From the NCBI GenBank assembly GCA_963836235.1, contig CAWIIP010000002.1, forward strand, positions 1,696,001 through 1,760,000: DNA of 64,000 bases, given 5' to 3'. The stretch is from an uncultured Pseudomonadota bacterium (GTDB taxonomy: Bacteria > Oederibacteriota > Muellerivitia > Muellerivitales > Muellerivitaceae). A program made the position numbers and the translations under genes. Under the pieces are notes generated by a model. That model worked only from the letters and a program-made list of their open reading frames with translations. It was not told the DNA's origin and searched no databases. Shown piece by piece: positions 37,433 to 47,167 of this stretch; positions within the stretch are counted from its first letter, which is position 1; each line of letters begins with the position of its first letter.

Positions 37433-38659
37433 TCAAAGCGGTTCGGTATAGTCCAAGTCGGTGCCGTAGGTTTCCTTGAGATTCCTCAAGGCCAGGAAAG
37501 CGATCACCAGCACTCCCGAGCCTATCCAGGCGGTCGACCCCAGGGCCCCCCAGGCGGGCGTCAGGCCCTTAAAGGCCAGGGTCAAAAGAATGGCGGATCC
37601 CCTCACGAAATTGGGAGCGGTGGTGGTGACCGTGGCGCGGATATTGGTGCCGAATTGTTCTGTCAGGGAGACGATGGCCACCGCCCAGTAACCCGCGGAA
37701 AAACCTAGGCCTAAACAGAAACCATAAAAAACTCGCAGTGAAATACCCGCCCAGAGATGGAAAGCAATAATCATTAAAGAATTGAGGACAAGAAAGGAAA
37801 AGATCACTTTTTTACGGTTTTTAAAAATCTGGCTTAAGGCCCCGCTGACGAAGTCTCCGGCCGTAAGGCCCAGATAAGCGAAAAAGATCGATTGTCCTGC
37901 GGCGGGAAGAGGGGTCAAACCGAAGGATTGGCCGATCTCTGGGGAAAAGGTCATCAAAATCCCCGCCACATACCAAACCGGCAGGGCCGCCAGCACGAAG
38001 CTGAAGTAGAGGGTGCCTTTTCTTCGCGAAGTAAAAAGACTGAAGAAGTTTCCACGTTCCACGGGCTTAGCCAATAACTGCCGGAAAATTCCCGATTCGT
38101 AAACCCCCAGGCGCAGGACCAAAAGCACCAAGCCCATTCCGCCGCCGACGAAAAAAGAGACACGCCAGTCAAAGGCCTGGCCCACGAGGCAAGCCACCGC
38201 CACCCCCGTCACGCCGGTGGTGGCGATGACGGTCGTGCCCCATCCCCGGGATTCCTTGGACATGATCTCGGAAACCAAAGTGATTCCCGCACCCAATTCC
38301 CCCGCCAGGCCGACGCCAGCCAGGAAACGAAGCCAACGGTAGGCTTCCACGCTTTCCACGAACCCATTGGCAATGTTGGCGATGGAATAAAGAAGGATGG
38401 AACCGAATAAAACCGAAAGCCGGCCCCTCTTGTCCCCCAGGACCCCCCAAAAGATTCCGCCGAGCAGGAGTCCGATCAATTGCCAATTCAACAGTTCCAC
38501 CCCCAAACCGAAGACATCCGAGGCCGCCACGCCGATTCCCAATAGACTTTTCGTGCGGATGATGGAAAAAAGCATGATGTCATAGGCGTCGACGAAATAG
38601 CCGAGGGCGGCCACGAAGACGGCGAGAGCGATTTTGGGGGGCATGCCGAATTTGGACAT
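37433..38659 (-). CDS. MFS transporter
   Basis: LGYFVDAYD, GDKRGR, GLAGELGAG, EQFGTNIRAT. Confidence 0.9.
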   Translation of the reverse strand: MSKFGMPPKIALAVFVAALGYFVDAYDIMLFSIIRTKSLLGIGVAASDVFGLGVELLNWQLIGLLLGGIFWGVLGDKRGRLSVLFGSILLYSIANIANGFVESVEAYRWLRFLAGVGLAGELGAGITLVSEIMSKESRGWGTTVIATTGVTGVAVACLVGQAFDWRVSFFVGGGMGLVLLVLRLGVYESGIFRQLLAKPVERGNFFSLFTSRRKGTLYFSFVLAALPVWYVAGILMTFSPEIGQSFGLTPLPAAGQSIFFAYLGLTAGDFVSGALSQIFKNRKKVIFSFLVLNSLMIIAFHLWAGISLRVFYGFCLGLGFSAGYWAVAIVSLTEQFGTNIRATVTTTAPNFVRGSAILLTLAFKGLTPAWGALGSTAWIGSGVLVIAFLALRNLKETYGTDLDYTEPL

Positions 38660-38755
38660 GGATTCCTAGGGGGTTATTTGATTTATAACGGTAATGCCCT
38701 CATTTAAACTGTTGGGGAAGGGGATTGCAAACCAAAAAGTCCCAAGGAGCCGGTT

Positions 38756-40813
38756 TTGAGGAAAAAGGAAGAGGCCCATTATGGGTCGAGTTTTTCTTGG
38801 CTGATCCTGGGTTTTTTAACCGCCTCCCATTTTTTATTGTCCTACTGCCCTTTTTCAAATCCATTGAAAATCTTTATTTTCATTCTGGGACTCTTGTTGC
38901 CGCTTGGCGCTTGGGCGGTGAAAACCAAAAGAGCCGAAACGGAGAAAATACCTTTCCACCAGCAGGAATTCCTGCCGTCCATTCCGCCAGGAGTGTGGAT
39001 AGCCCTCATGGGGGCCGCGCTCTTCCTGAGATTTTGGAAAATCGGCACTTTATTCCTTTGGCCCACGGGAGATGAGGGCCTAAGCGGCGCGGCAGCGCTT
39101 GATCTGAGCCGGAAATGGAACTGGGATTTTTTTTACAGCTCAGGCCAAAGTCCCCCGGTTTTAAACTGGATTTGCGGCCTCTTCTTCAAGTTTTCAAGCC
39201 ATGTTTTCCTTAATCTTTGGCTTCCCCCCGCCCTTTTTTCGGGTTTGGCGGTTCTTTTGGGTTATCTGGCCGCCCGGCAATTTTTTTCCAAATCATTTTC
39301 CTTTCTTTGCGCGGGATTCTTGGCTTTGAGTTACTGGCCTCTTTATTTGGGAAGGCTTTGTCTGCAGGGGGTCCTCATGCCCCCCTGGGAATTATTCACG
39401 TTTTTTTGCCTTGGGAAATTTCTGGGCACGTCCGATTCCCGAAAAAGTGGTTGGGCCTTTGGATTGGGACTTTGTACCGGGCTCCACAGCCTTATTTTCG
39501 TCACTTGGCCTGTCGTCATGGCGGCGGTAGCCATCGTGGTTCAAAGGGCTTCCGGGTGGTCACGAAATCTATTGGCCTGGTTTTCAGCCGGTGTCTTCTT
39601 GGGGCTGGCCCCTTTCCTCTTGGCCGTCTTTCAAAAAGGCTATGGCCAACATTTGATCGAAGTTTCAATAGGAAGCCCTTTCTTTCACGGATCGGATTTT
39701 TTACCGGTGGCTGGAGGATACCTAAGTGTCCTTTTATGGGGAACCTTTGGCCAGGGCGGATTTTATATCCCGACCCTGGGCGGGTTCCTGAATCCCTTAC
39801 TGGGAGCCTTCTTTTGCCTAGGCCTCGTGGAGTTTTACCGCCGCCGTTCCTCCGCCATGGAGAAATGGACCCTGGCAGCGGTTGTTCTATTTCTCCTTCC
39901 GGGCTGGATTTCCTTGAATGTGGAAGGCTTCCGTATCGTCCAGCTGATGCCACTTGTTTTGTTGGTAACCGCTTGGGGGCTGGCCTCTTTTTTGAAACTG
40001 CTCGCGCCCTCCCAGCGAATTTGGGTGACCGTTCTATTTCTGGTTTTCACGGCGCTGTTCGATTTCGCGCGCCTAACCATGCCCTACCAGGAAATAGCCG
40101 GCCATCCGCAAAGGTTCCTTCAAACCTCGAAATCCTTGGCCCGTTACCGGGCCTATGGAATGCTGGAAAAACTGGAACAGGCGGAAGGTCCGGGGATTGT
40201 GCTGGGCGAATGGGACATTCCCGCCGACAGAACACTTGAGGCCACCACTTATTTCTTTAACACGGCTTTCAACGCTTCATTAGATTTTAGCCGGTCACGA
40301 TGGCTTGCCCTTTTGACTGACCGGCATTACTACCCTTTCCTTGAAAAAAGGTTTCCCCAGGCCCAATTCACCGATTTGGACGGGGATTTTTCCAAGGATG
40401 GAAACCGGATGCTGGTGGTCCTTCAGGATTCCCCCGAAAACCAGGGAACATTCCAACGATGGGCCCGTGCCGACCCGGCCTTCCGGGATCTGAACTGGGG
40501 GATCGATCACGTTCATGACCGGGATTGCCTGGCCAGGGTCGACCAGGATATTCACAAGGATTATCCCTTGGTTCAAGGCGATCCTTTTCTGCAATCGGCT
40601 TATTGGGAAAAGGCCGCTTTTTTTTATTATTACTATAGCGGCCATTATCCGGAGCATTTGAGGGCGCTTCAATTGGCCGTCGAGAGGGGTTACCCGGCGG
40701 CCCATTTACACGCCGAATTGGCGGAACTTTATCAACTGGGGGGACAAAGCGTTTTAGCACGGGAGGCTTCCCAAAAGGCGCGGCAGTCGGAAACCGCCTA
40801 TCCCTGGCGCTAA
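38756..40813 (+). CDS. GT-C fold membrane glycosyltransferase (ArnT/PMT_2-like) with C-terminal TPR-like region
   Basis: LFLRFWKI...WPTGDEG luminal DE motif, many TMs, GYPAAHL helical tail. Confidence 0.75.
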   Translation: MRKKEEAHYGSSFSWLILGFLTASHFLLSYCPFSNPLKIFIFILGLLLPLGAWAVKTKRAETEKIPFHQQEFLPSIPPGVWIALMGAALFLRFWKIGTLFLWPTGDEGLSGAAALDLSRKWNWDFFYSSGQSPPVLNWICGLFFKFSSHVFLNLWLPPALFSGLAVLLGYLAARQFFSKSFSFLCAGFLALSYWPLYLGRLCLQGVLMPPWELFTFFCLGKFLGTSDSRKSGWAFGLGLCTGLHSLIFVTWPVVMAAVAIVVQRASGWSRNLLAWFSAGVFLGLAPFLLAVFQKGYGQHLIEVSIGSPFFHGSDFLPVAGGYLSVLLWGTFGQGGFYIPTLGGFLNPLLGAFFCLGLVEFYRRRSSAMEKWTLAAVVLFLLPGWISLNVEGFRIVQLMPLVLLVTAWGLASFLKLLAPSQRIWVTVLFLVFTALFDFARLTMPYQEIAGHPQRFLQTSKSLARYRAYGMLEKLEQAEGPGIVLGEWDIPADRTLEATTYFFNTAFNASLDFSRSRWLALLTDRHYYPFLEKRFPQAQFTDLDGDFSKDGNRMLVVLQDSPENQGTFQRWARADPAFRDLNWGIDHVHDRDCLARVDQDIHKDYPLVQGDPFLQSAYWEKAAFFYYYYSGHYPEHLRALQLAVERGYPAAHLHAELAELYQLGGQSVLAREASQKARQSETAYPWR

Positions 40814-40817
40814 AACA

Positions 40818-42890
40818 TCAGGGAATCGGTGCCGTATTTTGGAATAGGAGAGGATTTCTCAAGTTCTGTTGGGAGTCCACGGGCCGTCCCACCGATTCCA
40901 TGGCTTTGGAAAGATTGTAATAAAGATGGGCGGCGGGATAACCGGTATGGACGGCCTTTTCCAAATCCTGGACGCAATCGGGGTATCGGGAAAGGATGGC
41001 GTCGAACATTCCCGCTTTTTCCCAAAAGACGGACCGAAGGAAGGGATCCCGCTCAAAAGAGGGATAGGCCGCCTGAAGTTCCGCCCGAAAATTTTCCCAA
41101 CTCATAGGCGGACTCTTTTTTTTAATTTCCAAATCCAATTCCCGACAAAACCGGTCCGCAATCTTCCATTCTTCCAAGCTTTCACTGTCCATGGAACTTA
41201 CCGGTATCAAGCCCAAAGCCAAGTTGAAATTGTTGGGGAGGGGATCTTTCTTCAAAACCTCCCACCGGCTTTGGGGAAATCTTTTTTGAAGGAAGGGAAC
41301 GTAATATTTATTGACCAAGAGCGCGGCCCATCGAGGGCTTGAGCCGGATAGCTTGGAATTTTGAAGGGCATCGAAGGGAAAGCAAAAAAGGTTCAGGGTC
41401 TTGTTGAAATAGTCCAAGTTGAATTCAGAAAAAACATAAAGAGGGCCGTCCTGTCCGCTCGTTTCCTTTAACAGGCCGTAGGCCCTGGCATATTCGCCTG
41501 AAATCCAATCGCCCTTGCCGGCGGGGAGGGATTTCCAGTCCTGGTAGGGAACCCACCAGTGGTAAGCATTGAGGACTGAGGAAACCAGGAGGATCGCTCC
41601 AACCGCCACCCATCGGCGTGTTGCTGGAAGATGGAGCAGAAGTTCAACCAATCCCGCCAAAAGCGGAAACAAAAGAAGAGGAAGAATTTGAATGATATGG
41701 CACATGCCGACGGTATTGCTCAGGATCCCCGGAAGAAGAAATAATCCGAAGCTTAAGAAGAACCACGCGGAAAAAGCCGATTTCCACGCCGAGGCCAATC
41801 GCACCAGACCTACTCCAATCAAGGCGGATTCCAGGGGATTAAAAATCCCCCCCCAGGCCGGTCCATCGGGTTGGCTTCCGACGCCATTTCCGAAAAGAAG
41901 GCTCCCGTAAGCGGGCAAGGATTGGGAGAGGGGAAGTTGTAAAAATTCCTCCTGAAGATGGTGGAGGCCGCCTTGGCCCAGCCTTGCCCAAAAGAGTGGG
42001 AAGGCGGTTCCCAATGCTCCTAAGAGAAAAAAAACGCATAAACGGGGATAAGGTTTGAGAGTTTGAGCCAAAACCACCATGAACAGCGATAGGAAAACCA
42101 CGGGCCAAACGGTGTAAGAATAAAAGCCGAGGCCGACCATGATTCCCAGTGTTCCGAAGGCCCAGGATTTGGACTTTCCAGGTTGGGAGAGGGATTTCAA
42201 GGCCCAGCCACAGCTACCCAGGACCAGGCATTCCATGGGCAGTACCGCCAGGGGGCCGATGCCCGTGCGGCTAAAAACCCAGTTCCAAAAACTCAACATC
42301 CAAAAGCAGGCCGCCAGAAAGGAAAGGCTCTTGGATAAGAACTGCCGGGCCGCCCCATAAGCGAGCGGTATCGTGAGGGCGGAGACAAGGGCCGGAAAAA
42401 TCCGGATGGAAAAATTTGATGGCCCCAAGCATTTTAAAAAAAGCCCGAGACCCCAAAGATAGAGGGGTTCGGACTGGCATTCGCCCCATAACAGCCGCCA
42501 GTCCCAATGTTGGGAAAGGGACCAGCCCAAGATGCCAAAATGGCCCACATCCTTGATCGGCCAAAGGGGGTTGGAATCTATCTGGTAAAAACGGGTGAAA
42601 AGAAAAACCACCCCAAAAACCAACCAAAGGACGGAATTGGGAGGTGAAAGAAGGTTAGCATTCGCAGAAAGAAAGTCACGGTTGGAAGAATTTTGAACGG
42701 GGCGGTTCATCCGCCCCAAGAGGAATAGAGCTCCGGGGAACAAAAGCCCATAAAAGACGATCAGGAGTTTAACTGTCAAGGACCAGGAGGTATAAGCCAC
42801 CAGGGTGAAGGAAATAGAAAAAAAAAGAAAGCAAACCCAGGGTTGGTCCAGTTTTTTGAAGTCAAAAGGGGGCTTGTCTTTCGGAATCAT
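40818..42890 (-). CDS. GT-C fold membrane glycosyltransferase, paralog of the preceding gene
   Basis: FTRFYQI...WPIKDVG; RIFPALV; DPFLRSVFWEKA...GYPAAHL. Confidence 0.75.
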   Translation of the reverse strand: MIPKDKPPFDFKKLDQPWVCFLFFSISFTLVAYTSWSLTVKLLIVFYGLLFPGALFLLGRMNRPVQNSSNRDFLSANANLLSPPNSVLWLVFGVVFLFTRFYQIDSNPLWPIKDVGHFGILGWSLSQHWDWRLLWGECQSEPLYLWGLGLFLKCLGPSNFSIRIFPALVSALTIPLAYGAARQFLSKSLSFLAACFWMLSFWNWVFSRTGIGPLAVLPMECLVLGSCGWALKSLSQPGKSKSWAFGTLGIMVGLGFYSYTVWPVVFLSLFMVVLAQTLKPYPRLCVFFLLGALGTAFPLFWARLGQGGLHHLQEEFLQLPLSQSLPAYGSLLFGNGVGSQPDGPAWGGIFNPLESALIGVGLVRLASAWKSAFSAWFFLSFGLFLLPGILSNTVGMCHIIQILPLLLFPLLAGLVELLLHLPATRRWVAVGAILLVSSVLNAYHWWVPYQDWKSLPAGKGDWISGEYARAYGLLKETSGQDGPLYVFSEFNLDYFNKTLNLFCFPFDALQNSKLSGSSPRWAALLVNKYYVPFLQKRFPQSRWEVLKKDPLPNNFNLALGLIPVSSMDSESLEEWKIADRFCRELDLEIKKKSPPMSWENFRAELQAAYPSFERDPFLRSVFWEKAGMFDAILSRYPDCVQDLEKAVHTGYPAAHLYYNLSKAMESVGRPVDSQQNLRNPLLFQNTAPIP

Positions 42891-42974
42891 GACCGCATTT
42901 TATCAGGTTCCACTTGCCGGAAATAAAAAAGGCCCGGTTATGTTTTTAAGAATGTAAGGCGTGGCCGCGGCCCA

Positions 42975-44696
42975 CTAGAGGGCCCGGGGAATGGTAAGGG
43001 TGAAGCAACTGCCCTTGCCCGGCTGGGTGATGGCGCTGATATCCCCGCCCTGGGCTTTCATGAAATGCTTTGCCACATATAGACCCAATCCCGCACCCGC
43101 CCTTCCCGCTTCTTCCCCCAACACCCGTTTTTGGGTAAAGAGCTGGGCCATGGCGGTGTCGCTGATGCCCCGGCCCGTATCCTTGACCTTCAGTAAAACC
43201 ACCCGATCCTTGGCTTCGGCGCCGAGAGTGAGGCCACCTTTATCGGTGAACTTAATGGCGTTGTTGATGAGGTTCCGGAGGGTTTCCACCATCTTGTCCC
43301 GGTCGGCCAGGATGTCGGGGATGCCGTCCATCCCTTCCAGGGTCAGTGTGAGGCCCTTGCGGGCCAGGATGGATTCGTAATCCCTCATGGATAACTGAAT
43401 GATTTCCAACAATGGCATTTTTCCAAGGTTGGCGCTGGTCAAGCCCCTCTCAATCTTGGAAAGGTTCAGAAGATCGGAAATCAAACGGTAGTTGTTCATC
43501 CCAATTTCCCGCATATCCATCAAGTATTCGGACTGTTTGGGCGACAACTCCCCGGCCAAACCGTCCAAGAGGTTCTCGACGTAGCCGTTGATCTCGCCCA
43601 CAGGCGTCTTCAACTGGTGGGAAGCCACCGAGATCAGGCTTTGCTTCATTTCTTCCACGTGGCGGCGCTCGGTGATGTCGCTGAAAATCGCCAGGGAATA
43701 TTGGATATCTTTTTTCAAATCGAATACGGGTGTTCCCCAGATTTGCAGGGGAAGGATATGCCCGTCGGCCAGGTGGATTTCCAGGTCCTCAACGACCGAC
43801 TTCTCCCCTTTCAAAGCCCGATTCATGGGTAATTGTTCTGAAGGATAGGGCTCGTCGGTTCCCGCCCGGTAGGCTTGGTTCAGGACGGCCATCTCGTCCG
43901 AACCAGCCGACTTAATGATTCCGTGGCCCAAAAGCTCGCGGGCTTTTTGGTTGGCGTAAAAGGGAGCCCCTTCCTTGTTCATGACAAAAATGCCCAGGGG
44001 AACGGCTTCGAGAAACTGGAAGAGACGGTATTCATTGATCTGGAGCAGTTCCTGGGCTTTTTCCTTATGCCCGATTTCGGAGCGGATGGTCAGGAGCGCC
44101 CCGAAGGCGAAAAAGGTGGCAGTGCAAGCTCCCAAGACAAGGATGCCGAGGGTGTCGCGGGCGTTCGCGTCCTCGGCGTCACGGCGCTTGGCCAGCAGAT
44201 TTTGCTCCTCTAGGATCATCCGGTCGATCGATTGGTCAAGGAGGTCGTTGTTAAGGGAGTTTTGGGAGTCCTTGAAATTGGCGATGGCTTCCTTGTGGCG
44301 GCCCGAAAGGCAGATCTGGATGTTCGAGCGGCTCCGTGACAGGCGGGATTGGAGTATCGGAATAAATTGGTTGAAGTTTCCCACTTGGACCGGGTCATCC
44401 TCGGTCATCCCTTGGGCTTCCAAGGCGGCCTTTTCCACAAGATTCAGCGAAGTTTCAACGGACTTCAGCAATCCGGGTTTGTCCAGGATCAAATAGGAAC
44501 GGTAAGCGGCCTGGGCCTTCTTGAGGTTATATTCCAAATCCTGCAGATGGTCGATAACCTCAGTGGTGTGGTCCACCAGGGCGTCACTCTCCATCATTTT
44601 GTTGATGCTGAAGTAGGAAAGGCCGCCGATGGCGAGGATGATCGCCGTCAAGAACCCGAAACCGACGAGCAATTTTTGCTTGAGGGAAAATTTCAT
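42975..44696 (-). CDS. CHASE3-PAS sensor histidine kinase
   Basis: TM-CHASE3-TM, PAS, SHQLKTP H-box, NLINNAIKFT, DTGRG, GAGLGL. Confidence 0.92.
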   Translation of the reverse strand: MKFSLKQKLLVGFGFLTAIILAIGGLSYFSINKMMESDALVDHTTEVIDHLQDLEYNLKKAQAAYRSYLILDKPGLLKSVETSLNLVEKAALEAQGMTEDDPVQVGNFNQFIPILQSRLSRSRSNIQICLSGRHKEAIANFKDSQNSLNNDLLDQSIDRMILEEQNLLAKRRDAEDANARDTLGILVLGACTATFFAFGALLTIRSEIGHKEKAQELLQINEYRLFQFLEAVPLGIFVMNKEGAPFYANQKARELLGHGIIKSAGSDEMAVLNQAYRAGTDEPYPSEQLPMNRALKGEKSVVEDLEIHLADGHILPLQIWGTPVFDLKKDIQYSLAIFSDITERRHVEEMKQSLISVASHQLKTPVGEINGYVENLLDGLAGELSPKQSEYLMDMREIGMNNYRLISDLLNLSKIERGLTSANLGKMPLLEIIQLSMRDYESILARKGLTLTLEGMDGIPDILADRDKMVETLRNLINNAIKFTDKGGLTLGAEAKDRVVLLKVKDTGRGISDTAMAQLFTQKRVLGEEAGRAGAGLGLYVAKHFMKAQGGDISAITQPGKGSCFTLTIPRAL

Positions 44697-44866
44697 GTCC
44701 GCTTTTCAAAGGAAGTTGTTTTGATTATACCAATGAAAAAGAAGCGGAGGGATTTTACCCATGGTTGAAAAAATACACGACAAAACCATGGCACCTCAAA
44801 TGCCGAAGTTCGCTCAATTTGCCTTAGGACTTGGGCGAATGACGGATGCTTGGGATTTAGAAAGGG

Positions 44867-45196
44867 TTACTTTTCCTTGACGACCACCGCCGTGCCATAA
44901 CACAGCACCTCCGTGATGCCCTGCATGATCTCGGTAGCGTCGTAATGCACCCCGACCACCGCGTTGGCGCCCAATTGCTCGGCGTGCTTCATCATCATGT
45001 CGAAGGCTTCCTCCCGAGCCTGCTCGCAAAGGTTGGTGAAGAGGGTGATGTTGCCCCCAAAAATGGCCTGGAGGCCCGCCCCGATATTGCCAATCACCGA
45101 ACGGGACCGCACCACGATTCCCCGCACGACCCCGGCGTTTTTGACCGTCTGATAGCCGTCCAGCTCAAAGGTTGTCGTCGTCATATTGTGGTTCAT
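44867..45196 (-). CDS. YbjQ (UPF0145) family protein
   Basis: [11 protein letters not shown]...GANAVVG..YD...EVLCYGTAV. Confidence 0.93.
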   Translation of the reverse strand: MNHNMTTTTFELDGYQTVKNAGVVRGIVVRSRSVIGNIGAGLQAIFGGNITLFTNLCEQAREEAFDMMMKHAEQLGANAVVGVHYDATEIMQGITEVLCYGTAVVVKEK

Positions 45197-45289
45197 GAAA
45201 TCCTCCTTAGGGTGAGTGACGGTTCATTATAGGAACCGAAAAGACGCTTTCCAGGGAGCTTTTTTGTTAAATCAATCGAAAGAGAGGGA

Positions 45290-47038
45290 TTAAATCTGAA
45301 TGATCTTCCGCTTGTGGTCCAGGAAGTCGCGTAAGACATACTGGGTCAGCTTTTCGGGGGCGGGGAAGATGAGGCGGCCCTTGTTGATCTTGTGCATGTC
45401 CTCCAAAAAATCCCCCTCGCCGAAATAGCCCATGTCCACCTCGTTGCCCATCATGAAGGTGTTGATGGTGATGTTCTCGTCGGTGACGGCCTTCACTTCC
45501 CGCAAGGTGCGCTGGTAGGTACGCTCGTTGGGAGGGTAAGTCAGGTAGAGGTAGGAACCCTCGTAAAAGGCGGTGGGGGCGCCGTCGGTAATGAGAAGGA
45601 TGCTCTTGTTCCGGGTCTCAGTATTGGCCAGAAGCACCCGGGCTAGTTCCAGGCCCTTCTGCAGATTGGTGAAATGCTGGGGGATGGAATCCCTATCCCG
45701 CTGGGTGAGCCCCCTGGAAAAATCGACCCGCATGTTGACCGCTCCGCCCATGATGGAAACGGGTTTGGGGGCCAACTCGGGGATAGAACCCACGTTAATT
45801 TGCTTGGCGAAGGTGGAGAAGCAAACGAAGTACAGTTTGTCCTCGGGATATTCGGTATGGACGAGGGAATCAAGGGCCAGGGCCAGTTTTTTGGCGTTAT
45901 AGAAACGGCCGTAGCGGCTCATGGAGCCGGACTGGTCGATGAGCATCACGATGGCGGAAGAGGCCGCGCCTTTGGTCTGGTGCACCATGAAATCCCGGCT
46001 GTCGATTTGGATACGGCCCTTCGGCACCCCCCCAGGGTTACCCACTTGGCGGATGGCGGAATTTAAAAGGCTTCCCGGAAGGTCCAGTGTTGTCAATGAA
46101 TCGCCGAATTCATAAGGACGGGTGGGGGTCATTTCCACATTGCCATCGCCGGTGTAAGTGGCGTGGTGGCGGCCCATGCCGTCGGTAAAGAGGCGGGAGA
46201 AAACTTCCTTCAGGGCTTTCTCACCGATCTTGCGCGCGGCGCCGGGAGTGATCTTGTAGATATCCGATTCCTCGTCATAATCCACATCACCGGTGGCCTT
46301 GAGGGCTTCCGTAAATTGCTGTTTCAGCTCGTCCCGCTTGGCCTGGAGCGCCTGGGCCGCCTCCTCGCCCAGGATATCCTTCAAGGTTTCTACTTCCATG
46401 TTGAAGAGGTCGCCATATTCCAGGGCGTCCTTCAATTGTTGCTCCAATTCTTCGAGGCTTTTCAGCCTTTCCTTCAGGCGCTCGGCCTCCGAGGGCGTGG
46501 GAGTCTTGGGGCCCGTGAAGTCATGCCGGTCATAGAGGTCCCTGAGGGAATTCATCTGCTGGATGAGGTAATTCAATTCCTGCAAAAGTTCCCGGGCCTC
46601 GTTGGCGGCCTTATTCTGTAATCGCGCCAACTGCCAATCCAGGTTGTAAAGTTGAGAGGGGTTGCGCTGTTGAAGGGCTTCTTCCAGCTTTTGCGACAGG
46701 GTCTTGTCCTTGAGTTTCGAGACCAACTGTTCCAAGGCCATCGATTTGCGGAGGATTTCTTGTTCCATCTTGTTCAGGAGCTCGTCCAGGCGGTGGCCTT
46801 CCAGTATTTCCTTCTTGTGCCTCTCCACCTCGTCCAGGTAACCCTGTATTAAATCCTGCAGGCCGCTGGTTTTCATGAATTGGTTGTAGGGAATGCCTTT
46901 TTCCTGCAGGTGGCGCAGGGCCTCGTCAAAGGTGACGTGGTACTGCATCATCAATTCTTTCACCGCATTGACCAGGTCCTCCAGGGTGAAGGGGGGGGTT
47001 TCGGGCTCGTGCCATTCGGAATAATCGTGTGTAATCAA
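45290..47038 (-). CDS. von Willebrand factor A domain protein with N-terminal coiled coil
   Basis: DQSGSM MIDAS, TNLQKGL, ITDGAPTA. Confidence 0.9.
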   Translation of the reverse strand: MITHDYSEWHEPETPPFTLEDLVNAVKELMMQYHVTFDEALRHLQEKGIPYNQFMKTSGLQDLIQGYLDEVERHKKEILEGHRLDELLNKMEQEILRKSMALEQLVSKLKDKTLSQKLEEALQQRNPSQLYNLDWQLARLQNKAANEARELLQELNYLIQQMNSLRDLYDRHDFTGPKTPTPSEAERLKERLKSLEELEQQLKDALEYGDLFNMEVETLKDILGEEAAQALQAKRDELKQQFTEALKATGDVDYDEESDIYKITPGAARKIGEKALKEVFSRLFTDGMGRHHATYTGDGNVEMTPTRPYEFGDSLTTLDLPGSLLNSAIRQVGNPGGVPKGRIQIDSRDFMVHQTKGAASSAIVMLIDQSGSMSRYGRFYNAKKLALALDSLVHTEYPEDKLYFVCFSTFAKQINVGSIPELAPKPVSIMGGAVNMRVDFSRGLTQRDRDSIPQHFTNLQKGLELARVLLANTETRNKSILLITDGAPTAFYEGSYLYLTYPPNERTYQRTLREVKAVTDENITINTFMMGNEVDMGYFGEGDFLEDMHKINKGRLIFPAPEKLTQYVLRDFLDHKRKIIQI

Positions 47039-47059
47039 TTCAAACTCCTAAACCTATTG

Positions 47060-47167
47060 AACCACCAAGGCACCAAGGGCACCAAGTACACCTGGAAAAG
47101 AAAAGACTTCTTTGATTTAAACTAAAAGATTCAAGCTGTTCTTGGTGCCCTTGGTGTCTTGGTGGTT
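47060..47167. repeat. REP/MITE-like element family 1 (27-bp terminal inverted repeats)
   Basis: AACCACCAAGGCACCAAGGGCACCAAG and its reverse complement (1 mismatch) at 47141-47167. Confidence 0.85.
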
